Below, piece after piece: positions 1 through 11,030 of a DNA stretch of 64,000 nt (position 1 is the stretch's first letter; each line of letters begins with the position of its first letter). A model generated the notes under the pieces. It did not search any database. It was not told the origin of the DNA and saw nothing but the letters and a program-made list of their open reading frames with translations. The stretch is from positions 471 through 64,470 of the forward strand of contig CAZKCI010000117.1 of the NCBI GenBank assembly GCA_964551475.1. Reading direction: 5' to 3'. The position numbers and the translations under genes are program-made. The DNA comes from an uncultured bacterium. GTDB lineage: Bacteria; Auribacterota; Erginobacteria; Erginobacterales; CAZKCI01.

Positions 1-1
1 T

Positions 2-706
2 AGGCCGGTTTTTCACCATTCACCATTCACCATTCACCATTCACCATCTTCTGGTTTCACCATCATCGAAATCCTGCTGGCCATGGCTCTCAGCGGGACG
101 GTCCTGGGCGTCCTCTACTGGGCCTACAGCGCGGTGGTCGGATCGACCCGCAACTACGACTCCGTCTCCGACATCTATCAGACCGCCCGGATCGTGCTCG
201 GCAATATGTCCCGGGAGATCTCCGGGGCTTTTCAGCCGCTCTACGCGGAAGAGGTGATTCTTTTCGCGGGCGAAAGCAAGGATTACCGCGGCGGCGAGGC
301 CGACCGACTGTCCCTGGTCACCACCACCTGCCTGCGCGGAGGCGAGGAGGAGACGGGCTATGACGCCTACGAACTCACCTATTACCGCGGCTTCGGCATG
401 AAGGACGGTCTGCTCCTGATGAAGCGTTCCCCCTACTACGATCCCGAAGAGCCGTTTGAGGAGGGGGAGGATGTGGTCATCGCCGAACATGTCCGCGGGC
501 TGGATTTCGCCTACTACGACGGAGAGGTCTGGCTCGAGGAGTGGGACGGAGAGACCGAGGAGAAGCTCCCCCGGGCGGTCCGGATCACGCTCGCCCTTGC
601 CGTCGACGAAGAGGGGCCGCTTCACCGTTTCTCCACCGTCGTCAATCTTCCTCTCGCCGCCCTGACCGAGGAGGAGGAAGAGGAAGTGACGGAGGAGAAG
701 ACGTAA
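2..706 (+). CDS. Minor pseudopilin, GspJ/PulJ-like. The 5' end is uncertain and may start left of the window.
   Basis: The frame is open to the left edge. The translation reads ...SSGFTIIEILLAMALSG, which is the prepilin G/FTxxE cleavage-methylation motif (codons from nt 53). A GspJ-like C-terminal region follows (RGLDFAYYDGEVWLEEWDG...LPRAVRITLAL). There is no in-window ATG/GTG/TTG upstream of the motif. Confidence 0.7.
   Translation, partial: RPVFHHSPFTIHHSPSSGFTIIEILLAMALSGTVLGVLYWAYSAVVGSTRNYDSVSDIYQTARIVLGNMSREISGAFQPLYAEEVILFAGESKDYRGGEADRLSLVTTTCLRGGEEETGYDAYELTYYRGFGMKDGLLLMKRSPYYDPEEPFEEGEDVVIAEHVRGLDFAYYDGEVWLEEWDGETEEKLPRAVRITLALAVDEEGPLHRFSTVVNLPLAALTEEEEEEVTEEKT
12..46. repeat. 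Perfect heptanucleotide tandem array (TTCACCA)x5
   Basis: Read directly from the sequence. It lies in the open frame immediately upstream of the prepilin motif. Confidence 0.95.
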
Positions 707-744
707 GCGGTAAAACGGTAAGCGGTAAGCAGTAAGCGGTAAAC
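703..744. repeat. Imperfect heptamer array (GGTAAGC-like, about 6 units)
   Basis: gtaagcggtaaaacggtaagcggtaagcagtaagcggtaaac, starting at the stop codon of the GspJ-like gene. Confidence 0.85.
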
Positions 745-753
745 AATGAAAAA

Positions 754-785
754 CTGAACCCTGAACCCTGAACCCTGAACCCTGA
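754..785. repeat. Heptamer tandem array (CTGAACC)x4.5
   Basis: ctgaaccctgaaccctgaaccctgaaccctga, 15 nt upstream of the GspK-like start. Confidence 0.95.
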
Positions 786-799
786 TCAGTACTCGTCGA

Positions 800-2107
800 A
801 TGAACATAGGCTTTAAACGTCATGCGGAAAGCGAGAGCGGTTTCGTCCTCGTCGTCGTGGCTTTCTTCATTGTCGTCCTCTCCATCCTGGTCCTCCAGTT
901 CGGCTATCTCGCCCGTCTCGACGCCCGGATGGCCGTGAACTTCCGCGACGCCACCGAGGCCGCCGCCCTGGCCCGGGCCGGCGTGGCCCAGGCGATCGCC
1001 CTGCTCCAGGAGGACGCGCTCGAGGACGAGAAGGGGGACGAGGAGGAAAAGGCGGCGGAAGCTTCCGCGGATCAGCCGCGCCGCGGCCGCCGGAGCCCGG
1101 AGCCGGAACCGGAGACCGCCGAAGGAAAGGACAAGGAAAAGGAAGGCAAGGACGATCTGAACGAGGTCTGGGCCGTGGCTCAGTCGCCGGTCAAGCTCGG
1201 CGGCGGCGAGTTCATCTTCTCGATCGTGGACGAGGACCGGAAATTCAACGTCAACCTGGTCGCCGAAGAAGCCGTGGAGGAAGTGGAGGAGCTCCGCCAG
1301 AAGAAGGAGAAGAAAGAAGAGGAGGGGACGGAGGAGAAGGAAGGGGAAACGGCGGGCGCCGCCCAGGCGAGGAAGAAGGACGAGAAAAAGGCCGCCGACG
1401 AAACCGCGGCGGCGGGAGAGGAGGGCGAGGAGGAAAAGGTGGAGGAGACCAAGATCAACGAGGAGGTCCGGGACAAGCTCATCGTCCTTTTCGACGAGCT
1501 CGACCTTTCCGCTTCCAAGGATCTGGTCAAGAATATCATCGATTGGATCGACCTCGACGACGACGGCGACGCCGAGGACAAGAGCTATTCCCTGCTCGAG
1601 CCGCCCTATCGCTGCCGGAACGCCCCCCTGGAGTCGGTCGGCGAGCTGGCCCTGATCAAGGACCTGGGGCCGAGGATGCTCGACGGCGAACGCCTGCGGG
1701 AGGAGATATCGGAGACGAAGAAGGGCGAAGAGAAGCCCTCGGCCAAGCTTGACGACGACGCCTTCCTCGGCCTGCGCCGCTACCTCACCGTTTATTCCGA
1801 CGGACTGATCAACGTGAACACCGCCCCGGAAGAGGTCCTGCGGGCCTGGCTGGGGGAGGACCAGGCGGATCTGGCCGCCGACATCGTCTCCGCCCGGGAG
1901 AAGGAACCGTTTGCCAAGACGGACGAGATCAAGGAGGCGATCGGCGAGGATATCCCGTCCAAGGTCCTGGAGAAGATGAAAGTCAAAAGCGCCTATTTCA
2001 CCATTCTGTCCGAGGGACGTTCCGGCGGCGTCGCCGCGCGTCTGCGGGCCGTGGTGCAGAGGCTCCCGGAGGAGATCCGGATCATGTACTGGAGATACGA
2101 ATCATGA
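800..2107 (+). CDS. gspK: Type II secretion protein K-like (GspK) with a large E/K-rich insert
   Basis: N-terminal anchor GFVLVVVAFFIVVLSILVL. C-terminal T2SSK-like HhH region LINVNTAPEEVLRAWLG...IVSAREKEPFAKTDEIKEAIG. Low-complexity E/K/A insert at about nt 1007-1505. The stop overlaps the next start (ATGA at 2104-2107). Confidence 0.75.
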   Translation: MNIGFKRHAESESGFVLVVVAFFIVVLSILVLQFGYLARLDARMAVNFRDATEAAALARAGVAQAIALLQEDALEDEKGDEEEKAAEASADQPRRGRRSPEPEPETAEGKDKEKEGKDDLNEVWAVAQSPVKLGGGEFIFSIVDEDRKFNVNLVAEEAVEEVEELRQKKEKKEEEGTEEKEGETAGAAQARKKDEKKAADETAAAGEEGEEEKVEETKINEEVRDKLIVLFDELDLSASKDLVKNIIDWIDLDDDGDAEDKSYSLLEPPYRCRNAPLESVGELALIKDLGPRMLDGERLREEISETKKGEEKPSAKLDDDAFLGLRRYLTVYSDGLINVNTAPEEVLRAWLGEDQADLAADIVSAREKEPFAKTDEIKEAIGEDIPSKVLEKMKVKSAYFTILSEGRSGGVAARLRAVVQRLPEEIRIMYWRYES

Positions 2108-3747
2108 TGACCTGGCTCAAAAACGCCTCGGCCCTGGCCGGCCTGCCCCGCTCCTGTCTCGCCATCGAGATCGGGACCGCCGCCGTTCGGGCCGCCGCCC
2201 TGCAGCGGAAGGGCCGCTCCGCGCGGGTCTTGTGGCTCAAGGAGGAGGCGATCCTCCGGAAGGAGCCCGGCGCGCCCCCCCCGGACGCGGTCAAGGAGGC
2301 GGTCTGCCGCCTCTTCCGCGACCGGCGCCTTCGGGAGGAGACCGTGGTCTCCTCGCTGCCTCTCCACCGCGCTTTCATCCGCTCGCTCACTCTGCCCTTC
2401 CGGGAGATCAGCCAGATTCGCCGGGTCATCGCCTCCGAGGCCGAGATGCATGTCCCGTTTCCCCTGGACCGGATCGTCATCGATTTCTGGCCGGTGGAGG
2501 AGCTGGCGGGGGGGAAGACCCGGGTGATCATGGTTGCGGTGAAGAAGGAGCAGATCGCCGCCCATCTCGCCCTCTTGAACGAGTGCGGCGTCGACCCGGC
2601 CGCGCTTGGGATCGATTTCCTGGGCCTCTCCTCCGCCTATCGCCTGACCGGACTGGTCGATCCTGCCGTCCCGACCCTGCTCGTGGAGGCCGGCGCTTCC
2701 CACACCACCGTCGGTCTTTTCTCCCGCGACCGCCTCCGCTACCTCCGCTCCTTCGCCTGGGGAGGCGATTCCCTGACCCAGGCGATCATGAAGGAGACGG
2801 GCAAGTCCTTCGCCGAAGCGGAGAAGATGAAGCTTGTCCTCTCCTCCGATGTCTCCGCCGGTGAGAAGACGGCCGCCGCCGTCCGGGCCGCCCTGGCGCC
2901 GCTGGAGAGCGAGATCCTGCGCACCGTCCATTCCGCCTCCTCCGAGTCCGGAGAAGCCGCCCCCTCCGTCCTGATCCTCTCCGGCGGCGCGTCGGCCTCG
3001 CCGGAATTCGCCGAGCTCGTCTCCGCCAAGGCCGCCGCCGCCCTGTCCCGGGCGGACCCCTGGAAGAAGATGGAGAAAAAAGCGAATGCGGGCCTGTCAT
3101 CGTCCGGCCTGCTTCCCGCCCTCGGCCTTGCCCTCTCCGTGGTTCGCCCCAGCCCCGAGAAGCTCGACTTCCGCCGGGCGGAGTTCGCCTTCCAGGGGTC
3201 GTGGAAATCGGTTAAGAAGCGCCTCCTGATCACCGCCGGTCTGGGGTTGGGACTGGCGGCGCTCTTCGTCTTTTTCCTCTTCTCCCGGATCGCCCTGGAA
3301 AGAAAGTGGGACGAGGAGCTCTCCGGCCAGATCCGGTCGGTCCTCCTCAGAACCTTCCCCGGCGCTGAAGCGACCGCTTCCGGCGCCGAGCTCTCGGAGA
3401 TGGAGTCCCGGGTGAAGCGAATGGAAGGGAACGACGCCGTCTATCGGAAGTTCGCCGTGGTCTCCGCCCTCGATGTTCTGCGCGAGATCAGCCGGGTCAT
3501 CCCGCCGGAGCTCGACGTTCAGGTGGTGGAGCTGGACATCAACCAGGAGCACGTCCGTTTCCTGGGTCGGACCGACTCCTACGCCTCCGCCTCCAAGGTC
3601 AAGAACGCCTTTTCGGCCTCGCCCTATTTCCAGACGGACAAAATCCGTCCCGGGGAGTCGAAGAAGAAGGAGAAAGAGGGGAGGGTGGTGACGGTCGAGT
3701 TCAGCTACGTCATCCCCCTGCGCAAGGAGATCCGTGAGGACCGTTGA
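2104..3747 (+). CDS. PilM/GspL-like assembly ATPase-fold protein fused to a TM and a PilN-like domain
   Basis: Actin-like PilM motifs (LAIEIGTAAVRAA, EAEMHVPFPLD, GGDSLTQAIMKETGKSFAEAEKMK). A TM helix follows (LLITAGLGLGLAALFVFFLF), then a periplasmic domain. Translationally coupled to gspK. Confidence 0.7.
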   Translation: MMTWLKNASALAGLPRSCLAIEIGTAAVRAAALQRKGRSARVLWLKEEAILRKEPGAPPPDAVKEAVCRLFRDRRLREETVVSSLPLHRAFIRSLTLPFREISQIRRVIASEAEMHVPFPLDRIVIDFWPVEELAGGKTRVIMVAVKKEQIAAHLALLNECGVDPAALGIDFLGLSSAYRLTGLVDPAVPTLLVEAGASHTTVGLFSRDRLRYLRSFAWGGDSLTQAIMKETGKSFAEAEKMKLVLSSDVSAGEKTAAAVRAALAPLESEILRTVHSASSESGEAAPSVLILSGGASASPEFAELVSAKAAAALSRADPWKKMEKKANAGLSSSGLLPALGLALSVVRPSPEKLDFRRAEFAFQGSWKSVKKRLLITAGLGLGLAALFVFFLFSRIALERKWDEELSGQIRSVLLRTFPGAEATASGAELSEMESRVKRMEGNDAVYRKFAVVSALDVLREISRVIPPELDVQVVELDINQEHVRFLGRTDSYASASKVKNAFSASPYFQTDKIRPGESKKKEKEGRVVTVEFSYVIPLRKEIREDR

Positions 3748-4010
3748 AATCGTTCAAATCGTTGAAGCCGTTGCACGTAACCGAGGGAACGGCCGTTCAA
3801 ATCGTTGAAGCCGAGCCGACCGGTTTTTCGCGCTTTATTCGCGCCTGCGCGCTGAAGCGCTACGGCGCGCAAGCGCGTGGATTCGCGGTTAAAAAGCCAA
3901 GCCAAGCCCATTCGTGAAAATTCGTGTCAATTCGTGGAAATCATCAGCCAAGCCGATTGGCGGTTATTGGCCGGTCTGAGATCTGAAATCTCAAATCTGA
4001 GATCCGAGAA

Positions 4011-4580
4011 ATGAAAAAACTGAAGCTCACTCTCAAGTCCCGCGAAAAACGCACGCTGGTCATCGGCGCCGTCGCGCTGGTCCTCCTGGCCCTGGGCTGG
4101 TACCTGTTCTTCTGGGAGAATTCCCTCTGGGCCCATTACCGCAACCTGCAGGCGGAGGCGGTGGTCCGTGAGGGCGTCCTTCGCCAGATGCTCCGGCAGG
4201 AACGCCATGCCGCGACCGTCAACAGCCGCCTGGATCGGATCAAGGCCCGGATGCAGACGCAGGGCCAGGGCCCGGCCCTCGAAGAGATGCTGGACGGCCT
4301 GGTCAAAGAGAAAGCCCCCAGCGCCGAAGTCCCGATGATGAAGCCGGAGTCGCCCCAGACGGTCGAAGGGCTGTACCGCGTGAACGCGGTCGAGGTCAAG
4401 CTCCTCCGGGTACCCCTCTCCGAACTGGTGGACCTCCTCTACACGGTCGACCACCTGACGCCCGGCCTCAAGGTCCGCGAGCTCAAGATCAAGGAGGACA
4501 AGAACGACCCCTCGCTCCTGGAAGCGGAATTCGTCGCCGTCGCCGGCTCCCCGATCGAGGAGGAGAAGGCCAAGAAATAA
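4011..4580 (+). CDS. GspM/PilO-like bitopic inner-membrane protein (tentative)
   Basis: Single N-terminal TM (LVIGAVALVLLALGWYLFFW), a coiled coil and a small C-terminal domain, in operon context. No diagnostic motif. Confidence 0.45.
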   Translation: MKKLKLTLKSREKRTLVIGAVALVLLALGWYLFFWENSLWAHYRNLQAEAVVREGVLRQMLRQERHAATVNSRLDRIKARMQTQGQGPALEEMLDGLVKEKAPSAEVPMMKPESPQTVEGLYRVNAVEVKLLRVPLSELVDLLYTVDHLTPGLKVRELKIKEDKNDPSLLEAEFVAVAGSPIEEEKAKK

Positions 4581-4633
4581 AGGATTGAACGGACGATGCG
4601 CCGATCGGGGACTGCCGTGTCGATCTTCTTCCG

Positions 4634-4675
4634 GTCCATCGCGTCCATACCGTCCATATCGTTCATATTGTCCAT
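4634..4675 (+). repeat. 9-bp-period GTCCAT array (5 units)
   Basis: ggtccatcgcgtccataccgtccatatcgttcatattgtccat. Confidence 0.9.
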
Positions 4676-4936
4676 GGAGTCCTGCCCGGGGATCCGTGGT
4701 TAAAATGCCGGGCCAAGCCAAGTCGATCTGAAATCTGAAATCTCAAATTTGAGATTACTGGCTGCGTATTTGATTTATTATTCATTCGCGAATGCTCGCG
4801 GATAAGCGTTATGGTGATAGGATCCAAGCCGGGCCCATTCGCGCAGATTCCCGCCTTCGCGCTGTGCGCTACGGCGGGCAAGCGCGCGTTATTCGCGGTT
4901 AAAATGTCGAGCCAAGCCAAGCCAATTCGTGGAAGG

Positions 4937-7900
4937 ATGGGGACCCAAGCCATGACAATCCGCCGAGCCATCTTCGCAGCCACTCTTTTATCCGTCGGTG
5001 GAGCCGCCTGGCTTCTCCGCGCCGAGTCCGGTCCGTCGGACCCGAACCTTCCCCCGATCCCTTCCTGGTTCGCTCCCCGTCTGACCGCCCCCTCTCCCAC
5101 GCCCTACGCCTTCGTCTCCACGCCCGCCCCCACGCCCTCGCCCGATCCCGACTCCTCCCGCTGGGTCCCCTCCGACGACCATTTCAGCGCCTTCGGCCCC
5201 CGCCGCGCCCGTGTCTCCGGATCCAGCATGCTCAAGAAGGTCGGCGATCCCAAGGAAGTGACCATCATCAAGCCCGGCTCCCCCCCGGTGACCTACGACG
5301 ACTACGAGGAGAAGGACTACGAGACCGAAGACAAGACGATCGCCTATCCCCTGATCGAGGAGGCCTACCGCCAAGTCTATCGCCAGCTTTTCGGCATCGA
5401 GCTGACCACGCCCACGCCCGCTTCGTCCCCCGGCCCGACCGCCGAGCCCACCACCGAGCCGAGCGCCGGACCCACCGGAGCTCCCACCGCCCCGCCGGTC
5501 GATACGCCCTCTCCGATCGAAACACCGACGCCTTCGCCCAGCCCATCTCCCGTTCCTTCTCCCTTCGATCTGGTCGCGGTCCTCAACGGGGCGAGTCCGA
5601 TGTGGTCTGTTTATGCGGACCAGAACCGGATATACGGGGCATCAGGCAACGGAAGTATTTCCATTTGGGACCGGTCCGGGCTCTCCTTTAATACAACGGT
5701 TTTCCCTCCGGGTTCTCCTCAAGATATGTATTCGACAGCTTCCTTCGACCGCTTGTTTGTGGGAGGAAACCGCAACGGTAGTACCTATGTCTGGTCATGG
5801 GATTTGAACGATCAGCTATCCTTCAAAACCACCCTTGCTCCATCCGGGGGCATCATCTTCTCCGTCTTCGCCGATTCCGATTATATTTACGCCGCGAGTG
5901 AGGACCAGAATATCTACGTCTGGGACGCCGCGAGTTTCTCCCTTCAGACCATCCTCGCCAACGGCACGGATCAGATGGCCTCGGTTTACGCCGATTCTCA
6001 ATTCATTTACGGTGCCAGCGCCAATAGTTACATCTATGTTTGGAACCGGAACAACCTGGGTTTCAATACCGCCTGGACCTCAAGTTCCCTAGTTATGTCC
6101 TCTGTCACCGCCGATTCTCAGTACATCTACGGAGGTTCCGAAGACCGGAACATCTACGTCTGGAACCGCTCCGACTTCTCCCCGAAAACCCCTCTGACCG
6201 GGGCCACCAATGACATCGAGTCGGTCGCTTCGGATGAGCGAGCTTATGTCTACGGCGCCTCTTTTGATAGTGAAGTCTACGTCTGGAGCCCCCAATCTTC
6301 CTCTTTTTCGGAATTCACTCTTCCCGAGTGGACTTCTGTGACCACACCGATGCACTCGGTTTTCGCCGACCGTTATCTCCCCGGCGACGGGATCACCCAC
6401 TACATCTTCGGCGCCAACGACGACGGCAATATCTACGTCTGGCTGGCGGAGAGGACGCCGACACCGACTCCGGAAGCGACCGCGACCCCTTCGCCGGTGG
6501 GATTCCGCACACCGACTCCCTCGCCTTCACCGAGCCCCACCCCGGAAGGATTTAAGACGCCAACGCCATCCCCCCTCCCCACGTCTTCCCCTTCTCCTAC
6601 GCAGATTCCGTCTCCCTCGCCGACGAGTTCTCCCATTACTCCTACGCCGACTCCCATCCCCGCCGCCTCGCCAGCTCCAACGGCGATCAATCGTCTGCTC
6701 GATCCGGAGTTTGACGAATGGTCTTCCCAGAGCGAAACCTATTACTGGGTGGTGAAATACCAAGGCGCTCCAGGGACGTGGTCGCAGACTACCTATGCCT
6801 GGACAGCGGATTATGCGGGGGATTTTTATAATAGCGACAGCGTCCCCGCTTGGGTCTATCAGACGGGACTTTCTGTGGAATCGGCCGCGACCTACCATGG
6901 CAGCTTCTACGTGAAAGGGTGGGGGACTGCGCGAGTGGGCATCAACGACTCTGGCGGCTGGAGCTATTCGAGTCCCACCATTTTTAACGATTCGGGTTGG
7001 ACGTTGGTTGAATACAGCAAGGCCTCTTCCTACACTTCTTCGACCGCCTCGCTGGCTCTGGAAGTGACGAACTGTTCCGGCGGACCTCTCACCGTCGACT
7101 CCGCCTGGTTCTCCGACGAGGAACGACCCGAACCCGGACCCTTCTCGCCCGCCCGTTCCCGCCGCGAGGCCTTCGACCTCCTGGCCAAGCTCTCCGGCGG
7201 CGAGGGCTGGATGTTCTCCGTCGCCGCCGACTCCACCTCCATCTACGGGGCGAGCGAGGACAAGTCCATCTATGTCTGGGACCGCTCGACGCGCTCCCTC
7301 CAGGCCGCCCTCACCGGCCCCTCCGACGCCGTCCTCTCCGTCTATGCCGATCCGTCTCCGTCCGGCTATGTCTACGGGGCGAGCCGCGACAACCGCATCT
7401 ACATCTGGGAGAAGACGGGCTGGACGCTCAAGATGAGCCTCGGCATCGGCCGCTGGCCGATAGAGTCGGTTTGGGCCGACGCCGACTACATCTACGGGGC
7501 TTCCTCCGACCACTACATCTACGTCTGGAACCGCTCCGACTTCAGCTTCAAGACGAAGCTCGCCCAGCCCGAGAAGCGCCCCGGACCGGGCGGGATCATG
7601 ATCTCGGTGACGGGCGATGCCGCCCACGTCTACGGCGGCTCCGGCGATTTCGACGACACGCTCTACGTCTGGAAACGGGCGGACTTCTCCGTCCTCACCG
7701 TTTTCAAGGCTGGCGCCGACGACCTCAACTCCATCTCCTCCTTCAACGGCAGCCTCTACGTCGCCAACGCCGACGGGACCATCCGCGTCTACGACGCCGC
7801 CTCGCTCGCCCCGGTCAAGGTTCTCTCCCAGTCGACCGGCGGTATGACCTCGGTCGCTCCCGCCTCCGATTATCTCTACGCCGGGAATTCCAACGGCTCG

Positions 7901-10675
7901 GTCTACGCCTGGGAACGGCGCGGTTACTCGCTGCTCACACGCCTTCGCGCCGGCGAACAGGGCGTCCTCTGGGTCTGGGCCGACGACGAGCTCATCCTCG
8001 CCTCCTCCCAGGACGGCAGCGTCTACGTCTGGCAGGCCCCGGCCACCCTCAAGGAACTGCGCTCCTCCGGTCTCCCCGGCCCGACGCCTTTCGGGGGTCG
8101 GCCCCGCTTCGCCCCAACTCCCTCGGGCCGTGGAGGATCGACGGTTGACCGGGACGACTTCTCCTCACGCCAGCCCACTCCCTTCCACTGGGACTATAAG
8201 CCCACGCCGATGCCCTTCGACCCGGCCAAGAAGACGATCGACTACCCTCTCCTCGACGACACCTACAAGAAGATCTACAAGGACCTCTTCGGGATCATCC
8301 TGACCACTCCCACGCCCCCGCCCACGCCCATTGCCACGAGGACGCCGGAAGCAGTGCCGACCGGTTCTCCCGGCGGGACGCCGACGGGCGGCGCCGTGGT
8401 GATCAACGAGATCAACTGGTTCGGGACTCAAGCCGCCGTTGATGGCGAATGGATCGAACTCTACAATAGCGGTTCGTCTGCGGTTGATCTGGACGGATGG
8501 AAGATCGTCAATTCCACGCAAGGCTGGACTGCCCCGATCGGAAGTGGGGTCAGTATCTCCTCTGGGGGATACCTAGTGATCGCCCGTCGTCCCGATATCA
8601 CGAACCTAGCGGAATATCTTTACGACAACTACAACTTCGGTGTGACCGGCGATAGCGTCTCTCTTCTCGACGATGCCGGTACACCCAAGGATACGGTCAA
8701 TTGCTCCAACGGCTGGTTCGCGGGCTTGACGCTGGGTGTATCCATGGAACGGATCAATGCCTCTGTCAGCGGGGACTCTTCCAGCAACTGGTCTGATGCC
8801 TTGCCCACCGCCACATATTCGGGCGATAACCGTGGCACTCCGCGGGCTAAGAACTCCGTCACGTCCTCCGAAGCCGCCTCATCATTCTCCTCGGCCTCCG
8901 GCGTGACCGGCGTGGCCACGCAGAATCTGAAGCTCCTGGACTACGCCGAGTGGATCGACTTCGAAACGGGGAACTACTTCAAGCTCTTCGAGTGGGACCT
9001 CTCCAAGTATCCGAAGTCGGCCGCCCAGTTCGACTATCTCCCCAACTCCGCCTTCCTCTTCCTCGCCACCGGCTTCCGCCCCTCCGCCGAGTATTTCTGC
9101 AAGAACCTCCTCGCCCTGGTCCGGGATAACGGCCTGGACTGGGCGGGCGAGGAGACCTGCCGCTACATCGCCGACGTCGCCGAAGCCTACGCCGCCATGC
9201 GCGCGGCGGGATTCTTCACCCGCCTCGAGCGCCGCGAGATTGAGGACGCCTTCGTCAAGCTGGCCTTGAAAGCGCGGGAGACCTACAACTACGGCAATTT
9301 CGCCCAAGGAATCGTTTGCGGTCTGAACGCCGCCGTCGGCTATATCGTCGGCGGGAAGCAGGGGAAGGAGATGATCGCCTGGTCGAGCCAGCTCCTCTCC
9401 TACGACGACACCTGGACCCTGCCCGAGGACTCCCGCCACTACCAGGGTCTCTTCCTTCGGGAAACCCTCCGGGTGGCCCTCTATTCCAACGGGATGAACA
9501 TCCCGGACAAGGACGAAGAGGGCAAGGCCTGGAAGGACAACTTCATCCGCCAGATCAACTGGATCATCGACACCTTCCCCGGGAACGGCTTTTGCCCCAG
9601 CTACGGGCGCGACTACCGCCAGAACTATATCGACCACTACATGATGCCGCTGATCGTCGCCACCACGGTTCTCGACGACGGTGATCCCGCCCACCAGCGG
9701 TTGGCCCGGGAGGCGAAGTGGCTCATGGAGAAGATGTTCTACTACGGGACCCATCACACCGTCGGTCCCTACGGCCAGAATACGAAGGGCTATGAGGCGG
9801 TCCAGTGGGGGCCATTCGCCATCCTCCTCAATCCCATCTACCTCTGGTGGTATCTGAACGAGGACATCGAGCCGCTCGCCCCGGATGCCTCCCTCCACGG
9901 CAGCCAGGTGGTCTATCGCGACCGCATGCCGGAGGGCGCCATCGCCAGCGTCTACGACGCGAGCGTGAAACAGCTCAAAACCCAGATGGACAAGATCGTC
10001 CATCGCTCGGGCTGGGCTGAGGACGCCCTCTTCGCCCTGATCGATCCGGCCTACCCGGCAGCCAAGAACGGGGACAACAAGCACAACCTGGCCGGGAACC
10101 TCTTGAGCCTCTCCTACGGCCCGGAGGAGTTCCTGACCGGCCTCACCCTGTCCTTCTGGAACGGGGAGAAGAAGCGGGTCAACGTTGCCGACATTCTCGA
10201 CGACTACACCGGCGCGACTCTCGCCTCCTGGGAAGACAACGAGAAGTTCTCCCGCTCCGTGACCAAGCTCAAGGACAAGCGGGGATCCTGGACGCGGGAG
10301 GTCACCCTCTACAAGACCGAGGACATTCGCCTCGAAGTGAAGGACACCCTCTCCAAGGGCGGATCGGTCTGGTGGCATCTCCAGGGGACTCCGCAGTGGG
10401 GGACGAACGAGGTCGCCCTCGACGTGAACGGCACCCAGCTCAAGGTCTCCTGGGAGGGCGCGGAAGACGCGACCCATCGCGACGTCGACTCCTGGTCGGA
10501 GAAGGATCCGCTCCAGCGCTGGTGCTACTCGGGCAATCCCGACCGGGAGTTGAAGCTCTCCCGTCCCGTCGCCGGGACGATCATCACGATCTTCCGGGGC
10601 GTGAAGATCACCCCCCCCGCGCCCCAGCCCTCCGCCTCGCCATCGGCCGTCGAGGATGAGATCCCGGGGATGTGA
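4937..10675 (+). CDS. Giant secreted multidomain protein: P/T linkers, two propeller-repeat blocks, a lamin-tail domain and a large unassigned C-terminal domain
   Basis: Signal peptide [24 protein letters not shown] (ATG at 4937 or 4952, GGAAGG upstream). Repeats of the form IYGAS.D..IYVWD/N. LTD motif [37 protein letters not shown]. The track ORF begins at 4811, but 4811-4936 is repeat DNA. Confidence 0.8.
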   Translation: MGTQAMTIRRAIFAATLLSVGGAAWLLRAESGPSDPNLPPIPSWFAPRLTAPSPTPYAFVSTPAPTPSPDPDSSRWVPSDDHFSAFGPRRARVSGSSMLKKVGDPKEVTIIKPGSPPVTYDDYEEKDYETEDKTIAYPLIEEAYRQVYRQLFGIELTTPTPASSPGPTAEPTTEPSAGPTGAPTAPPVDTPSPIETPTPSPSPSPVPSPFDLVAVLNGASPMWSVYADQNRIYGASGNGSISIWDRSGLSFNTTVFPPGSPQDMYSTASFDRLFVGGNRNGSTYVWSWDLNDQLSFKTTLAPSGGIIFSVFADSDYIYAASEDQNIYVWDAASFSLQTILANGTDQMASVYADSQFIYGASANSYIYVWNRNNLGFNTAWTSSSLVMSSVTADSQYIYGGSEDRNIYVWNRSDFSPKTPLTGATNDIESVASDERAYVYGASFDSEVYVWSPQSSSFSEFTLPEWTSVTTPMHSVFADRYLPGDGITHYIFGANDDGNIYVWLAERTPTPTPEATATPSPVGFRTPTPSPSPSPTPEGFKTPTPSPLPTSSPSPTQIPSPSPTSSPITPTPTPIPAASPAPTAINRLLDPEFDEWSSQSETYYWVVKYQGAPGTWSQTTYAWTADYAGDFYNSDSVPAWVYQTGLSVESAATYHGSFYVKGWGTARVGINDSGGWSYSSPTIFNDSGWTLVEYSKASSYTSSTASLALEVTNCSGGPLTVDSAWFSDEERPEPGPFSPARSRREAFDLLAKLSGGEGWMFSVAADSTSIYGASEDKSIYVWDRSTRSLQAALTGPSDAVLSVYADPSPSGYVYGASRDNRIYIWEKTGWTLKMSLGIGRWPIESVWADADYIYGASSDHYIYVWNRSDFSFKTKLAQPEKRPGPGGIMISVTGDAAHVYGGSGDFDDTLYVWKRADFSVLTVFKAGADDLNSISSFNGSLYVANADGTIRVYDAASLAPVKVLSQSTGGMTSVAPASDYLYAGNSNGSVYAWERRGYSLLTRLRAGEQGVLWVWADDELILASSQDGSVYVWQAPATLKELRSSGLPGPTPFGGRPRFAPTPSGRGGSTVDRDDFSSRQPTPFHWDYKPTPMPFDPAKKTIDYPLLDDTYKKIYKDLFGIILTTPTPPPTPIATRTPEAVPTGSPGGTPTGGAVVINEINWFGTQAAVDGEWIELYNSGSSAVDLDGWKIVNSTQGWTAPIGSGVSISSGGYLVIARRPDITNLAEYLYDNYNFGVTGDSVSLLDDAGTPKDTVNCSNGWFAGLTLGVSMERINASVSGDSSSNWSDALPTATYSGDNRGTPRAKNSVTSSEAASSFSSASGVTGVATQNLKLLDYAEWIDFETGNYFKLFEWDLSKYPKSAAQFDYLPNSAFLFLATGFRPSAEYFCKNLLALVRDNGLDWAGEETCRYIADVAEAYAAMRAAGFFTRLERREIEDAFVKLALKARETYNYGNFAQGIVCGLNAAVGYIVGGKQGKEMIAWSSQLLSYDDTWTLPEDSRHYQGLFLRETLRVALYSNGMNIPDKDEEGKAWKDNFIRQINWIIDTFPGNGFCPSYGRDYRQNYIDHYMMPLIVATTVLDDGDPAHQRLAREAKWLMEKMFYYGTHHTVGPYGQNTKGYEAVQWGPFAILLNPIYLWWYLNEDIEPLAPDASLHGSQVVYRDRMPEGAIASVYDASVKQLKTQMDKIVHRSGWAEDALFALIDPAYPAAKNGDNKHNLAGNLLSLSYGPEEFLTGLTLSFWNGEKKRVNVADILDDYTGATLASWEDNEKFSRSVTKLKDKRGSWTREVTLYKTEDIRLEVKDTLSKGGSVWWHLQGTPQWGTNEVALDVNGTQLKVSWEGAEDATHRDVDSWSEKDPLQRWCYSGNPDRELKLSRPVAGTIITIFRGVKITPPAPQPSASPSAVEDEIPGM

Positions 10676-10940
10676 GGTCTTAGAATGCCGCTCCGGCCCG
10701 GTATATTGAACAGACGATTGAATAGGATTGGATAGGATAAAAACAGACCAGCCGGACAAACCCATCCTATTCAATCATCTATTAAAACGCCAAGCCCATT
10801 CGTGCAAATTCCCGCCTCCGCCCCGACAAGTCGGGGCTATGGCGGGCAAGCGTGTCAATTCGTGGAAATCATTAGCCGAGTTTCCGCCAAGCTCATTTGC
10901 GCCCCGTTCGCGGTGAAAGCACCGCGTCGAATTATTTTGA

Positions 10941-10982
10941 GTCCATCTCGTCCATATTGTCCATTATGTCCATCCCGTCCAT
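10941..10982 (+). repeat. 9-bp-period GTCCAT array (5 units)
   Basis: gtccatctcgtccatattgtccattatgtccatcccgtccat, about 48 nt upstream of the 11031 start. Confidence 0.9.
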
Positions 10983-11030
10983 TCAGCCCCCCTGCCTATC
11001 CGCAGATCGCCCGCTAACCTGGAGACTCCC

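Noticed and set aside
8882-10774. 630-aa minus-strand ORF inside the giant plus-strand gene. The same kind of ORF occurs at 41-823, 1993-2931, 6527-7627 and 3927-4721.
   Set aside because: These are shadow ORFs, typical of very GC-rich coding DNA. The translations are R/G/P/A/E-dominated and lack motifs, and they fully overlap well-supported genes on the other strand.
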